Of a stretch of 64,000 nt of DNA, positions 9,201 through 18,179 are shown in pieces (position 1 is the first letter of the stretch; every line of letters begins with the position of its first letter). Source of the DNA: a virus; the IMG/VR virus record IMGVR_UViG_3300024999_000086, positions 1 through 64,000 of that record. One strand, written 5' to 3'. The position numbers were made by a program, and so were the translations under genes. The notes under the pieces are model-generated. The model was not told the origin of the DNA, ran no database searches, and worked only from the letters and a program-made list of their open reading frames with translations.

Positions 9201-10549
9201 GCGGCGGGTCCGGGGTCAGGGATGATCTGTACATCGGGACAATCGCCGGCCGGCCACAGATCGCAATGGGCGGTGAGTACGTCATCAATCAGCGCTCTAC
9301 TCAGAAACACCTCTCGCTGCTGGAAGCGATCAACGCTGACAAATATCTGATTGGGGGCCCAACCCCGCCGGCAAGTCCGCCCGGGAGCACTCCGAAGCCG
9401 GGATCCCTGCTGAGCGGTGTCAGATCATCAAAGACTCCGGAGGATCTGCAGTCGCTGGTTGATATGCTGGATGATGTGACCCGGTCCATGCGCTTGATGA
9501 GTGGCACAGACCTGGCTAAGGAGATCTTAGAGATTCAGTATCGTTTCTACGATATGATCGAGGAGGCGAAGAAGCTTGGCGCCTCGGAGCAAGATCTGGC
9601 AAAGATCCGACGCCTGCAGGCGATGGAGATCGAGGAAGCAAACAAGAAGGTGGCCCAGGCCCGGTTCGAGTTCATGCGTGGGATCAACGACGAGATCAAC
9701 AATTTCGGGATGACTGATCTTGAGATTGCTCTGCGCGGGACTCGTCGAGAGATGCAGGAGCAGATCGCTGCAGCGAAAGCTCTGGGGCTCGGTGAGTCTG
9801 AACTGATGAAGATCAGGCAGTTGCAGCAGCTTAAGGCCGCTGAGCTTATTGAGGCCCATCGTAAAGAACAGGCAGAGTTCATGCTCAACATCACTGACCA
9901 GATCAAGATGATGGGTATGACGGAGTCAGAGAAGTCCTTATTCCAGCTTAATCGTGAGATGGAGGACATGATCCTTCAGGCGAAAGAGCTTGGTCTGGGT
10001 GAGTCTGAACTGGCAAAGATCCGGGAGCTCTACGGACTCAAGTCTTTGGAGGTGATGAACCAAGGATTGCTGGAGGCGGTCACGGCGATTGGATCGTTTA
10101 AGGATTCCATGGGTGGGATCGAAAGTGCTGCGTTGAAGTCGTCCACAGCGCAACAGAAGCTCTTCGACATCCTGACTCAGGCCAAGGCCGGCGACTTTAA
10201 AGGCGTTGAGACTATCGGCGAGGTCCTGAAAGATATCTCGATCGATAAGTCGAAATATGCTACGGCTGCGGACTACGCTCGGGATTATTGGAAGACGATG
10301 GGCGCGGTCAACCAGATCGAGAAGTTGACGAATAACAAGATCGCAGGCATCAACACAGAAGTTCCAACGATCAGCAGCCGCGACGCCGAGGCCAACCGCA
10401 AGAGCCAAGACGAGGTCAATACCAGGCTGGACGACCTCAGGGCGTCAGTAGTTGCCGGCAACGTCCAGAACTTGAAGAATACCCAGAAAACTGCCCGGAT
10501 GCTTGACCGATGGGAATCCATTGGTATGCCGGCAACCAGGGTGGCGTAA
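3260..10549 (+). CDS. Tape measure protein (2429 aa)
   Basis: Ala-rich helical protein with TP901-type core (MANAGIRGTKAATSLR), GGEYVIN motif, follows the chaperone pair. Confidence 0.92.
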   Translation: MGQIDIGVSVSQRALQDIDKLAAGLQKTGKITDKTAASFKAGSKTISEFLQQVKALQTGFSGVLKMLQAGGAGFSEYLTQVQKATRESAALRSEFKKLTVDGFSYKKSLDGVLSTQLELILNQKAETIALGNLSSQMSKAAALRAKTIALLDGTALASAKVVAVKEAELAIAEATTVSIAREVLAMKSLVIAEAQLTDSQRLAALVTAGLAVEYDAVAVATAAQAKAALAAGAASAKNAAQNKVESLGLRELFDARVKMNVATAASIRAREMENAVAAKSVASKTQLFNIEAELAYLQGAEAKAVAATTITLERKLAVERYLFETEAQVTAGTIGLTRAVIEQTRVEAANQAVALGLAVAYDAQTVAYQAATGAVNANLGAQYSAAKAASTNAVANSQSAAATTQAGRAAAGASGAFTTYGSAVRGAAGAMSMLWFAYGQLLPLMAAFAGVRAAKEAMSLGVAFEYATTSIQSLSKDVEGALMPLDEIQQRLMAMEGLRHTPTELAAGMREFAKAGVAPAEALRDLATMSKFATIADMELGEAIKDVIGLTLAFQPTMKAATGKLFTFADAANMVAAAAMLSITEVDEMSNAFSHAAELGIVSKMRFEEVAASLAIMANAGIRGTKAATSLRTGMLKLQTAGDPVHKMFEKLGRKFNAFNEDGSVKNVVETFKELNKALAGVADEKRIAIFTKLFTARSMKAGAVLSQQVKELDAFILKLRQAAEGVGFIEEKYQDLAHTARAELDYLKVALEKMLLKPVNVEGLSEAISSIRMVVTDISPIFAVFASVIGAIGHDFINLIELAISFVKQLWDLVDGGISFAEVVDLLKTRFTDLVGFISNLNIVNLFREQFYSIDVLFINLGATAKTAAVTIQGVFESLGSMLMVIFGSAINWVIDKIFYIPDAINRMITMIGQATKDIPLLSSFYSPAMSAIGDNLTQAASAVKEAFKIDLSAENAQLKESGDLYASRIAAIKASTDALLAEKAAHYEASIAVDRLASSYGVLADQQQRLPSLGNPAAGGNLASKTLGYYFGAGSSGMSQGSAESPDWLKDSEQKLLDNLLPMRKAREEYEKGVEAILALQKKLEGTAQAISKADVGTMMSNLAAKTIGAGKAFKGSAESIRDFNTRVREAFGDTSQSYLSEYQKLQEKISDTSSKLKSAAEKEFGIGTPETAERMKVINSEMVKAYENADNLEKVALDDFSKKMEEAFGDASTGKLSAFDKMMEKIDDTVIKMESEIKKKFEGDDNGLARMRKELGLLKTEAQETAEELRKSDLKNNLEEIEAAFGNHAQRNMSEFDKELAKINKTYTDQKDAIAKKYPLEQATNATIEDRAAAMAKLDEQYQLAIQNSDILIKKSNNLWDGFALGVKDAIASTKTLGEVGYEVAGELKNAFHDTFVAAIKGDFESIGDLWDSLLDRMLDLFINWIADLIARWAMAQIGNVIMGAFGSGGGSGFGAVLGSLGAALAGNRGGSNGGVGAVGTLGTVAGTGYQMYTGESLSAAIAKGLYNYAFPRSTIAPYTPGSGQPLGSTGSPSGASPGAASAWQTSQNTYGVLSSQAGSLAPQATTALGWTYGATPTVASQVAQYGSYGVLQSQAAAPVAQSAAPAASSFSSYAGIIGAVVSMAIMAYSSQKKKMMPDEADMFNKAGFRPETFASLIGNEFQKTVIPYFGETNAKWDQASNSLIMLADADKAKSAREDNYFKKDPYVTPGALGMQWDETAPTWKKSNSAIREALQLLFDDAQSLERMALNIGKPETFEEFAVALEKLNVAIDPSTAEGLWEWAEASTPSFDKMKKSLTDLNLSSGEMHRALILLEDAAGSASGSSEELEKYLRSLGKTQEEVSQVMADYTGSAISRMRAAGEEYLAATNPVLYSLSMISQQMQEVYTDTSMLTSAVGVFGDEANTASNAIYTLNSVMGSLDYSLQDLDSSATQAGNAIGDAAYDIQAALRVITEGSISTGTTGVGTAEGSATGGLLRGGSGVRDDLYIGTIAGRPQIAMGGEYVINQRSTQKHLSLLEAINADKYLIGGPTPPASPPGSTPKPGSLLSGVRSSKTPEDLQSLVDMLDDVTRSMRLMSGTDLAKEILEIQYRFYDMIEEAKKLGASEQDLAKIRRLQAMEIEEANKKVAQARFEFMRGINDEINNFGMTDLEIALRGTRREMQEQIAAAKALGLGESELMKIRQLQQLKAAELIEAHRKEQAEFMLNITDQIKMMGMTESEKSLFQLNREMEDMILQAKELGLGESELAKIRELYGLKSLEVMNQGLLEAVTAIGSFKDSMGGIESAALKSSTAQQKLFDILTQAKAGDFKGVETIGEVLKDISIDKSKYATAADYARDYWKTMGAVNQIEKLTNNKIAGINTEVPTISSRDAEANRKSQDEVNTRLDDLRASVVAGNVQNLKNTQKTARMLDRWESIGMPATRVA

Positions 10550-10550
10550 T

Positions 10551-12131
10551 ATGAAAGTCATAAAGCCTATCGCGGTTACGGATGCAACCCTGTATGGGTG
10601 TTCAGAGCCTGAAGATGACTATGCTGCCTGGGCAATTGGGACGACCTATGGTGCCGGGGACAAGGTTATAGTTCTCAGTACGCACAAGATCTATGAGTCT
10701 CTGCAGGCGGCAAACACCGGAAACGATCCGACGACCGCAACAGACTGGTGGCTGGATCTGGGCCCGACGAACCGCTGGAAGATGTTTGACAAATCAGTGG
10801 GGTCGGTCACTGCCGCGAATAACTTCCTGATCGTGATGGTCAAACTGACCGATGCTGATTTTGTGGACTCTCTGGCTCTGCTGGATATCGTTGCCAATCA
10901 CGTAGTAATTGAACTCTTGGACGATGCTGTTTATGGGACGATGAGCCCAAGTGCCTCGGCCTCAGCAACAGCGAGCCCGTCAGGGGCAGCAAGTTTGAGT
11001 TCTTCTGTGTCGTCTAGCCCGACGACAAGCCCCTCGAGTAGCGCGTCTTCGAGCCCGAGTACATCAGCGTCTTCGAGCCCAAGCTCTTCGCCATCGTCCA
11101 GCCCGACGACGAGCCCGAGTACATCAGCGTCTTCGAGCCCGAGTTCTTCACCTTCGTCCAGCCCGACAACGAGCCCGAGCGCTTCAGTATCAGGGAGCCC
11201 GACGACTAGCCCAAGTTCGTCAGAAAGCGCAAGCCCGAGTTCTTCAGCCAGCAGCAGTTTGAGTGCTTCAACCAGCCCGTCTGGAGGACCAAGTGTCAGC
11301 GCCTCTGGGGGGCCCAGCACCAGCTCCAGCCTGTCAAATAGCCCATCAGCATCGCCGAGTGCCAGCGGGGGCAACTATCTGACCGACGGTGACGGGAACT
11401 TCTTGGTTGATGGGGCGGGCAACAGGTTGAAAGACGGCGGCGTCGGGGATGACGGTGGGGCCTCGTCTTCAGCTTCGTCGAGCGTATCCTCAAGCCCGAC
11501 GACAAGTTTGAGTTCTTCTGTGTCGTCTAGCCCAACAACAAGCCCGAGCTCGTCAGAGAGTGCAAGCCCAAGTTCGTCAGCCAGCGCCAGCCCTTACCCG
11601 GTTGGAGTGCTCTGGCACTATGAGACTGATTTGATATCTGCTCCGGATGAGACTGACAATGACTGGTATCAATATTTCTTCTCAGCACTGGAGAATCTCG
11701 AAGATTATTTGCTTCTGAATATGCCGACTTACACCAATGCAATCCTTAAAGTTACTCTAACCGGGACGACTGTAGAGGTGGGGACGTTCGCATTTGGAAA
11801 GTCAGTTTACATTGGGGAGACTCAGTGGGGGCTGCAGTTGGGTATACTGGACTATTCGACAAAAGAGACTGACGACTTTGGGGTGACTTCTGTTGTTGAA
11901 CGGGTTTATGCCGACAAGATGGAGTGTGATCTTTTTCTGGAACACAGCATGGTGAGGATGGTTAAGAAATTCCTTTCAAGTGTCAGGGCTACCCCCTGCG
12001 TTTGGATGGGCACCGAGGTCAGTACATTTTCCGAGTTAACAATTGTTTATGGATTCTATAAGAATTTTGATATAGTACTACAAGATTACGGTGGGAGTAT
12101 CTGCTCTCTCGAAATCGAAGGTTTAACTTAA
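10551..12131 (+). CDS. Tail-tip/baseplate-type virion protein with ~215-aa Ser/Pro/Thr insertion
   Basis: Directly after TMP; N-part (W..GTTY..GD.V...HKIYESL, GPTNRWKMFD) and C-part (DYSTKETDDFG, YGFYKNFDI) look like one conserved phage protein interrupted by low-complexity repeats. Confidence 0.7.
   Translation: MKVIKPIAVTDATLYGCSEPEDDYAAWAIGTTYGAGDKVIVLSTHKIYESLQAANTGNDPTTATDWWLDLGPTNRWKMFDKSVGSVTAANNFLIVMVKLTDADFVDSLALLDIVANHVVIELLDDAVYGTMSPSASASATASPSGAASLSSSVSSSPTTSPSSSASSSPSTSASSSPSSSPSSSPTTSPSTSASSSPSSSPSSSPTTSPSASVSGSPTTSPSSSESASPSSSASSSLSASTSPSGGPSVSASGGPSTSSSLSNSPSASPSASGGNYLTDGDGNFLVDGAGNRLKDGGVGDDGGASSSASSSVSSSPTTSLSSSVSSSPTTSPSSSESASPSSSASASPYPVGVLWHYETDLISAPDETDNDWYQYFFSALENLEDYLLLNMPTYTNAILKVTLTGTTVEVGTFAFGKSVYIGETQWGLQLGILDYSTKETDDFGVTSVVERVYADKMECDLFLEHSMVRMVKKFLSSVRATPCVWMGTEVSTFSELTIVYGFYKNFDIVLQDYGGSICSLEIEGLT
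10944..11592 (+). repeat. Coding tandem repeats encoding SPS/SPTT/SAS units
   Basis: Repeated AGCCCGAG/AGCCCGACGAC units; ~60-bp tandem duplication near 11050-11170; ~40-bp direct repeat at ~10991 and ~11503. Confidence 0.9.
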
Positions 12132-12142
12132 AGAGGCCCAGC

Positions 12143-12943
12143 ATGACTATCTCAGCCCTTCCATCAGCCCCAAATAAAAATACTGACAGTGCTTCAGCGT
12201 TCAACACAAAAGCGAATGCCTGGGTCGCAGCATTATCAACGTTCGTGACCGAGGCCAACGCCTTGGAGGCCAACGTCAACAGTCGAGAGACTCTGGCGAC
12301 TGCCGCGGCGGTAACTGCTTCGGCAGCCTCAGCGACGGCGACGACAAAAGCCGCAGAATCGTTGGCCAGTGCGGCGACGGCTGTGGCTGCTCCGGGGACG
12401 AGCGCGACGAGTACGACCAGCCTGACGATTGGTACCGGGTCGAAGTCACTGACGATCCAAGCAGGGAAATCTCTGGTCGTCGGGATGAAGGTTATCATCG
12501 CCTGGACAAACTCTCCCACGTATTATATGTATGGGACGATCACAGCCTACAATTCTACCACTGGGTCACTGGTGGTCATGTCTGAGGCATTCAGTGGCGC
12601 AGGGACAACTTCAGCGTGGACGATCTCCTTGACGGCGCCGGCAGTTGGTCTTGGCCTCGGGCAGACTTGGCAGGAAATGGGGAGTGCCAGGGCTTTTAAT
12701 ACAACATATACAAACACAACAGGCAAACCACTTGTGGTCTCTGTTACTGGGTACACAACAGATGAAAATCCATTAGCCGGGTTGTCTTTGTATGTTGATT
12801 CTACGTTGCTTGGAATATCAGCACAAGTAAGTACTATTACAACACACTATGTAGTGATTTCAGGTATAGTGCCAATTGGGTCAACATATAGAGTAACAGC
12901 TTTAGGTTCTATATTCAAGACTTCTTGGGCCGAACTGCGATAA
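12143..12943 (+). CDS. Tail fibre-like protein
   Basis: Ala/Thr-rich stalk; TSTTSLTIGTGSKSLT; C-terminal GLGQTWQ..RAFNTTYTNTTGKP fibre-tip motif. Confidence 0.75.
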   Translation: MTISALPSAPNKNTDSASAFNTKANAWVAALSTFVTEANALEANVNSRETLATAAAVTASAASATATTKAAESLASAATAVAAPGTSATSTTSLTIGTGSKSLTIQAGKSLVVGMKVIIAWTNSPTYYMYGTITAYNSTTGSLVVMSEAFSGAGTTSAWTISLTAPAVGLGLGQTWQEMGSARAFNTTYTNTTGKPLVVSVTGYTTDENPLAGLSLYVDSTLLGISAQVSTITTHYVVISGIVPIGSTYRVTALGSIFKTSWAELR

Positions 12944-12978
12944 CAATGAAATCTACAACAAATAGTCGGAGAACCGCT

Positions 12979-13842
12979 ATGAAGAGATTTTTAATAACAG
13001 CAATACTCTTGCTGACGGCTTGCAGCACAGCCCGGGCCGACTTTGACATCACGGCCTTGCCTGATCACACGGCGCCGGCGGCAGCAACTGACGGGCTGGT
13101 GGTCTACAAGTACTCTGCGGCAGAGGGCAGCCGAGTGCAGGAGGTCAAGGCCTCGGCCGACGCCGGGCAGTGTCTGTCGGGGACGTGGACCTGGGTTGAT
13201 TTTCAACCGCTTGACACTTCCCTGACTCAGATCTCCGGGTTGACGCTTTCTCAAGGCGACATCCTTTACTATGACGGATCAGCGATCACGAACCTTGGTC
13301 CGGGGGACGCCGGCAAGCTGTTGCAGACAAACGGGGTTGGGGCCAACCCCACTTGGACAAGTGCAATCGCCTTGGATGTTTTTGGTTTGCCAAACGGTGT
13401 GGCCCCGACGGTTGACGAAACGGGCGAAACCGCGATCGACACCACCAGCGATCAACTTCTTTATTACGGTGGGGCGAAGCGAGTACTGACGTATAAAGAG
13501 CCACTATGCATCACCGTTGAAAATCTCGCTGCTGCCGATGATGATTATGCCTATTTTTCCTGGCCTTATGCAGTGACCATCACTGGGCTGTGGTGCCATT
13601 ATCGAGGTACTGGTTCAACTCCGGCGACAATCACCTTGGAAGACGGGGCCGGGAATGCAATGACTATTACCGATACAGCCGCGACTTGTGCGGCATCAAC
13701 AACGACTGCAACACCAAAGACTGTCACAGCGGCAAATGGGCTTACGGCATATGAGATGCTGGCTTTTAACGTAACAAATGCAGTGAGCCCGGAGACAGAC
13801 GAATATACGATATGTGTCAGTTATACTGTGGATGCCGACTGA
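12979..13842 (+). CDS. Fibre-like protein with N-terminal Sec signal peptide
   Basis: GGAG RBS; MKRFLITAILLLTACSTARA|D; internal fibre repeat GDILYYDG..NLGPG.AGKLLQTNG.GANPTW. Confidence 0.7.
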   Translation: MKRFLITAILLLTACSTARADFDITALPDHTAPAAATDGLVVYKYSAAEGSRVQEVKASADAGQCLSGTWTWVDFQPLDTSLTQISGLTLSQGDILYYDGSAITNLGPGDAGKLLQTNGVGANPTWTSAIALDVFGLPNGVAPTVDETGETAIDTTSDQLLYYGGAKRVLTYKEPLCITVENLAAADDDYAYFSWPYAVTITGLWCHYRGTGSTPATITLEDGAGNAMTITDTAATCAASTTTATPKTVTAANGLTAYEMLAFNVTNAVSPETDEYTICVSYTVDAD

Positions 13843-14585
13843 TGAAGTATTTATTGGCAGCAGTCCTTATACTGCTCACATGGTCAGACAGTTTTGCGGC
13901 GAGCGGTATTCTCGTGCGCAGGAGTACCGCTTGTACTACTCCTGCGAATGGGGATGAGCTGAGTGAGGGCTTTGAGGGAGGCTACGAAGCCGCGGGTTGG
14001 ACAGAGACAGTAGGCACAGGCGGGACGCTGACCGAGAATTACACTCTGACGGGAACTGCGCCGGCAGGGTCATGCCTTGTGGGCCTTTATTCTGCAGCCA
14101 TCGCCGGTGCAAGTAACATGACTTACGCCACCTGGGACGCAGGAGCACCAATATCTAGGGCCGGAAGTCTTGATATTACCGGGAGTATCAGGGTCAACTC
14201 AAGCACACTCCCCGCCAACGACGATGCACTTACTGTTCTGCACTGGAGTAACTATAGCACCAGTGATGCTGCTGGCTTGGCAATGGTTAAACTCATCGAC
14301 GATAACGGAACGTTGATGATTAAAGCTCAAGGCGCAGGGAATAGCGCCGAGGTTGCTATCACAACTGGAATTTGGTACAGTTTTGTTCTGCACCTTGATG
14401 GTACCGCGGCAAGTTCGTATTTTCAGATAGACGCCGGAACAACTTGCGATGCTGCTAGCGAATGTACTTTCGCCAGATTTGATTCTGCTGATGGGCAGTA
14501 TTTGCACACTGGGCCTGGATATCAACTCGATACAGACGAAGCAGCCGCAATAGAATGGGGGGGCATATGGGTAAATACGCCGTAA
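13842..14585 (+). CDS. Secreted beta-sandwich (LamG/ConA-like) protein
   Basis: TGATG coupling; signal MKYLLAAVLILLTWSDSFA|A; beta-rich, EGFEG, paired Cys. Confidence 0.6.
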   Translation: MKYLLAAVLILLTWSDSFAASGILVRRSTACTTPANGDELSEGFEGGYEAAGWTETVGTGGTLTENYTLTGTAPAGSCLVGLYSAAIAGASNMTYATWDAGAPISRAGSLDITGSIRVNSSTLPANDDALTVLHWSNYSTSDAAGLAMVKLIDDNGTLMIKAQGAGNSAEVAITTGIWYSFVLHLDGTAASSYFQIDAGTTCDAASECTFARFDSADGQYLHTGPGYQLDTDEAAAIEWGGIWVNTP

Positions 14586-16639
14586 TTTTTCTGATACTCC
14601 TTTTTCCATCATTGGCTCTGGCCTATTCGCCTGTTGCCAGGTTCGACGTAGTTCCATACCAGCGGATTGAGTATGGGGCTTCACTTAATGTCGGAGTTGC
14701 GGCATTTTCTAAGCCAGGGATTGCATCAGTTGACTTTGTTGCATCTGGCCAGGGGTATAGTGGAGGAACAAAGACAGCAACCTCCATGACCTTGAATTCG
14801 ACCACGGATACCTGGGAATACTGGGTTAATTTCCCCGCCTCTGAGTTTACCGGAAACGGGGCTATTACTATCACCGCCACCGTTACCGACAACGAGGCCA
14901 ATGAAAGAGTATTGACCCTATCTTTGCTGGTCTATGGGGCCTCTGCTTTCACTCCAGTGACAGCTTGGGTTGATCCAGCGGGCAACAATACTACCTGCAT
15001 GGTAAACGATGAAGGGGCACCATGCTTGACCGTAGCCGGGGCAATAACCAAAATCCAAGCGGCAAATGGCGGCGTTTCGGACGGTGCGATTATCTATCTC
15101 GAGGAGGGCACTTACTCGGTAGCCTCTACATCAGCAAGCACGTCAAGCCAATGGTTAACAATCACGAAAGACGATACTGCGGCAGTTGCAAATGTAATAA
15201 TCAATACTGGACAGATAACAACCGGGTATCTCAAATATGATAGCGTGACTCTGCAAAGTCTGGGCAGTGCCCTGTATGTCGCCAATAGTAGTTCAACACG
15301 GTTATGGACGAATAGTTGTAGAAGAATTGGTTCTGGAAGAGGTACTGTCAATACAAACCCAGTGCATCTCAGCGACGAGAACAATCATTATAGTACTAAT
15401 GACTACACCTATGATGCTGACTATGCCTATAGGAAGGCAGCATTGGTCAGAGGTGCCACAATCTCGTTTATTGGTAATGATGTATTTGAGAATACACCTT
15501 TTATTGTCAACTGTACTGCTGATGATGTCGATAATATTGACAACCCGTCATGGCACGCAGATGCATTTCAAACTTTTACAGGGACAACGCTTGCCCCTCC
15601 GGATAACAGAATTGTCTATAATTACAAGGCAACAGACTTACATTATGAAGCTATTTTTATGCGGTCTGATACTGGAACTGCAACGGACAACGCATTTGTA
15701 AATGTATTTCTTGAGATGCGCGATCCTTGTACAGTTAATGAAACTGGCAGCTGTGTTTTTACTGATTTTCAGCTTTATTACAACTGGGATCACCTGATAA
15801 TGTGGAACAATACATTTATAGGTGGACATAGCACAATATCACCAACATCAACCCTTACAAATGTTTCCTGGGTTGGTAATGTTTTCTGGCAGTTTGCTCA
15901 AGACACAGACATCAGCAACCTGGCTATTACTCAACTTGCGAATGGGAATGCTGGTGGGAACGAGGTTTTGTATAACCATTATGAGTATGTAAAACTTGAG
16001 ACAGGTGAGTGCACACCAAATAGTAAATTTACACAAGCGGGGTATACCTGCCCAAAAAATTATACAAAACGTCCTGACTCTGGAGCAACCGCTACCTATT
16101 CAACAGGCGGGGGGGTAACTGACGGCGACTATACATCGGAAACCTTTACTTATCCTGTTGGTGACACCCTGACATATAAATTCTCTCCACGAGTTCCAGT
16201 TGATATTTACAACGTAGCTCGCGGAACCTTGTCCAGCATTGGGGCCGTAGAGCCGGTGTTTTCTGGGCCCGTTCGTTCAGCCGGTGCCCCGTCTTCGACG
16301 GTCAGTTATGCGGCAACGACTACGATATCATTGTTTACTGCAACAACCGCAACATGCAAATATGGGACTGTAGCAGAGACTGACTATAGTTCAATAGCTA
16401 ACACGTTTGAGTCTACTGCATCTCAGTGGCATACTCAAACAGGGGTGGCTGTGTCTCCAGGAACTAACACCTTTTATGTAAGATGTACTGATGGATCTCA
16501 TGAAAATCTTACTGACTATGTTATCAGCTTTAATATGTTGAGTCAAAGTTCTGCCCGAGTGGGATTAAGTTTGACTGGTACCGGGAAGTTTACTCCCTCA
16601 ACGATAGGAACCGGGAAGTTGATAATCTCAGCGCCTTAA
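14567..16639 (+). CDS. Secreted Ig-like + right-handed beta-helix protein (adhesin/depolymerase-like)
   Basis: Signal MGKYAVIFLILLFPSLALA|Y; ITATVTDN Ig-like, WVDPAGNN..PCLT, IYLEEGTY, WHADAFQ, NNTF motifs. Confidence 0.65.
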   Translation: MGKYAVIFLILLFPSLALAYSPVARFDVVPYQRIEYGASLNVGVAAFSKPGIASVDFVASGQGYSGGTKTATSMTLNSTTDTWEYWVNFPASEFTGNGAITITATVTDNEANERVLTLSLLVYGASAFTPVTAWVDPAGNNTTCMVNDEGAPCLTVAGAITKIQAANGGVSDGAIIYLEEGTYSVASTSASTSSQWLTITKDDTAAVANVIINTGQITTGYLKYDSVTLQSLGSALYVANSSSTRLWTNSCRRIGSGRGTVNTNPVHLSDENNHYSTNDYTYDADYAYRKAALVRGATISFIGNDVFENTPFIVNCTADDVDNIDNPSWHADAFQTFTGTTLAPPDNRIVYNYKATDLHYEAIFMRSDTGTATDNAFVNVFLEMRDPCTVNETGSCVFTDFQLYYNWDHLIMWNNTFIGGHSTISPTSTLTNVSWVGNVFWQFAQDTDISNLAITQLANGNAGGNEVLYNHYEYVKLETGECTPNSKFTQAGYTCPKNYTKRPDSGATATYSTGGGVTDGDYTSETFTYPVGDTLTYKFSPRVPVDIYNVARGTLSSIGAVEPVFSGPVRSAGAPSSTVSYAATTTISLFTATTATCKYGTVAETDYSSIANTFESTASQWHTQTGVAVSPGTNTFYVRCTDGSHENLTDYVISFNMLSQSSARVGLSLTGTGKFTPSTIGTGKLIISAP

Positions 16640-16657
16640 AATAATATTGGTGACCCC

Positions 16658-16686
16658 TTCAATAACGTTCGAAAAAGGGGTATATA
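16658..16686 (+). promoter_or_regulatory. Possible sigma70 promoter for Ser-tag/glycosyltransferase operon
   Basis: TTCAAT-17-TATATA in the 104-bp AT-rich gap, overlapping a CCCCTT...AAGGGG inverted repeat. Confidence 0.4.
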
Positions 16687-16743
16687 GAAATATGGGAGCA
16701 ATCCTAATGCCCATGGAAGAAACGTAATCACAGGAGAAAAGCA

Positions 16744-17415
16744 ATGGAACTTCAAGCCCCGTATCACTTGTTCGGAAATGTCCGAGGCAACAGCTATGTC
16801 AGGGTCGACCCGGTCACCGGCCTTGTGACGTTCAAAGGGCTGGCCAGGCCTTATCTCGGGCTGTGGATTCCATTGACAGCCATGGAGCCGACGTCGGCCC
16901 CGGATTACGACGCGACCAACTTCGGGTACCTTTTCCCGAACAACAGCACCACAGAGTTCCTGACCGCGAACATTGCCCTGGACCATGACTACGCCCCCGG
17001 GACGTCGCTTTATCCCAGGATACTCTGGCACCAGGCTGCAGCGACGCCCCCGGCGTGGAAGATCTCCTACCGGTGGTTGAATCCTGGTGAACAGGTGGGC
17101 GCCTTCACCACGGCGACGGCAACCGGGCAGGAGTACACCTACATCCAAGGCACAATCCTGCAGACATCATATTTCCCGACTATCCCGGGCGCGGGCAAGA
17201 AGATGGGCAGCATTCTGCAGGTCAAGCTCTACCGCGACGACGCGGTATTGGCCGGCGATGCTCTGGCGATCGCCTTTGGCGTGTTCAAAAAGGTCGACAG
17301 CCTGGGGTCGCAGACGTTGACGTTGAAGAGTGTCCCGGGCGCCCAGGTGTCGTCGTCACCGTCAGCTTCAGCTAGCGCCAGCCCGAGCGCTTCACCATCA
17401 GCTTCAGCTTCCTAA
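16744..17415 (+). CDS. Putative virion protein with Ser-rich C-terminal tag
   Basis: AGGAG RBS; beta-sandwich-like body; ends VSSSPSASASASPSASPSASAS. Confidence 0.7.
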   Translation: MELQAPYHLFGNVRGNSYVRVDPVTGLVTFKGLARPYLGLWIPLTAMEPTSAPDYDATNFGYLFPNNSTTEFLTANIALDHDYAPGTSLYPRILWHQAAATPPAWKISYRWLNPGEQVGAFTTATATGQEYTYIQGTILQTSYFPTIPGAGKKMGSILQVKLYRDDAVLAGDALAIAFGVFKKVDSLGSQTLTLKSVPGAQVSSSPSASASASPSASPSASAS

Positions 17416-17426
17416 GGGGGTAGCCA

Positions 17427-18164
17427 ATGAGTCAAGTATTGATTGCGCCGACAACGGCGGCAGCGGAATACAAGATGAAGATTCCGCAGAACCGGTTCAA
17501 CATGACGATCCAGGTCGACGCCAGCATCGGCGCCGCGGAGGTGGTTGAACTTAAGCAGTTGGATACGGATCAGCAGTGGCGGGCGATTGTTCTCGGCGGG
17601 GCACCCCTGGTCCTGTCAGCGTCCAACACTCAAATCAGCTTCACCGCGACGAATCTGATCAAACTGGTGAAGCCCATAACTGTTGCGGCCGTCGGCGTTC
17701 AGTTGCTGTCTGATCTTGGGTTTGGTGAGAACGAGGCATCTGATAGTGCCAGCACGTCAGCATCGAGCAGCGCGTCCTCGAGCCCGAGCTCAAGCGCGTC
17801 CTCAAGCCCGACGACTTCAGCTTCGTCCAGTCCGACGACTTCGCCGTCCTCGAGCGCTTCTTCAAGCCCGAGCGCTTCGCTGTCCGGCAGCGCTACGACA
17901 AGTCCGAGTTCGTCTGCGAGCGCAAGCCCGAGCGCTTCACTGTCCGGCAGTGCTACGACGAGCCCGAGTGCTTCAGCTTCAGGCAGCCCGACGACCAGTG
18001 CGAGCTCAAGCCCGACGACAAGCCCAAGCTCTTCGGCATCGTCCAGCCCGACGACTAGTGCGAGCTCTTCAGCTTCTTCGAGCCCGACGACTTCAGCTTC
18101 AGGAAGCCCGACGACAAGTCCGAGTTCTTCGGCGAGCGCTTCTCCGTCAAGTTCACCGTCTTGA
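17427..18164 (+). CDS. Small beta domain plus ~140-aa mucin-like Ser/Pro/Thr tail
   Basis: ~100-aa globular N-terminus then SASSSPTT repeats up to the stop codon. Confidence 0.75.
   Translation: MSQVLIAPTTAAAEYKMKIPQNRFNMTIQVDASIGAAEVVELKQLDTDQQWRAIVLGGAPLVLSASNTQISFTATNLIKLVKPITVAAVGVQLLSDLGFGENEASDSASTSASSSASSSPSSSASSSPTTSASSSPTTSPSSSASSSPSASLSGSATTSPSSSASASPSASLSGSATTSPSASASGSPTTSASSSPTTSPSSSASSSPTTSASSSASSSPTTSASGSPTTSPSSSASASPSSSPS
17737..18161 (+). repeat. Coding Ser/Pro/Thr tandem repeats
   Basis: AGCCCGACGAC / AGCCCGAGC units, same repeat vocabulary as 10944-11592. Confidence 0.9.
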
Positions 18165-18179
18165 TGAGGAGAGACTCTT

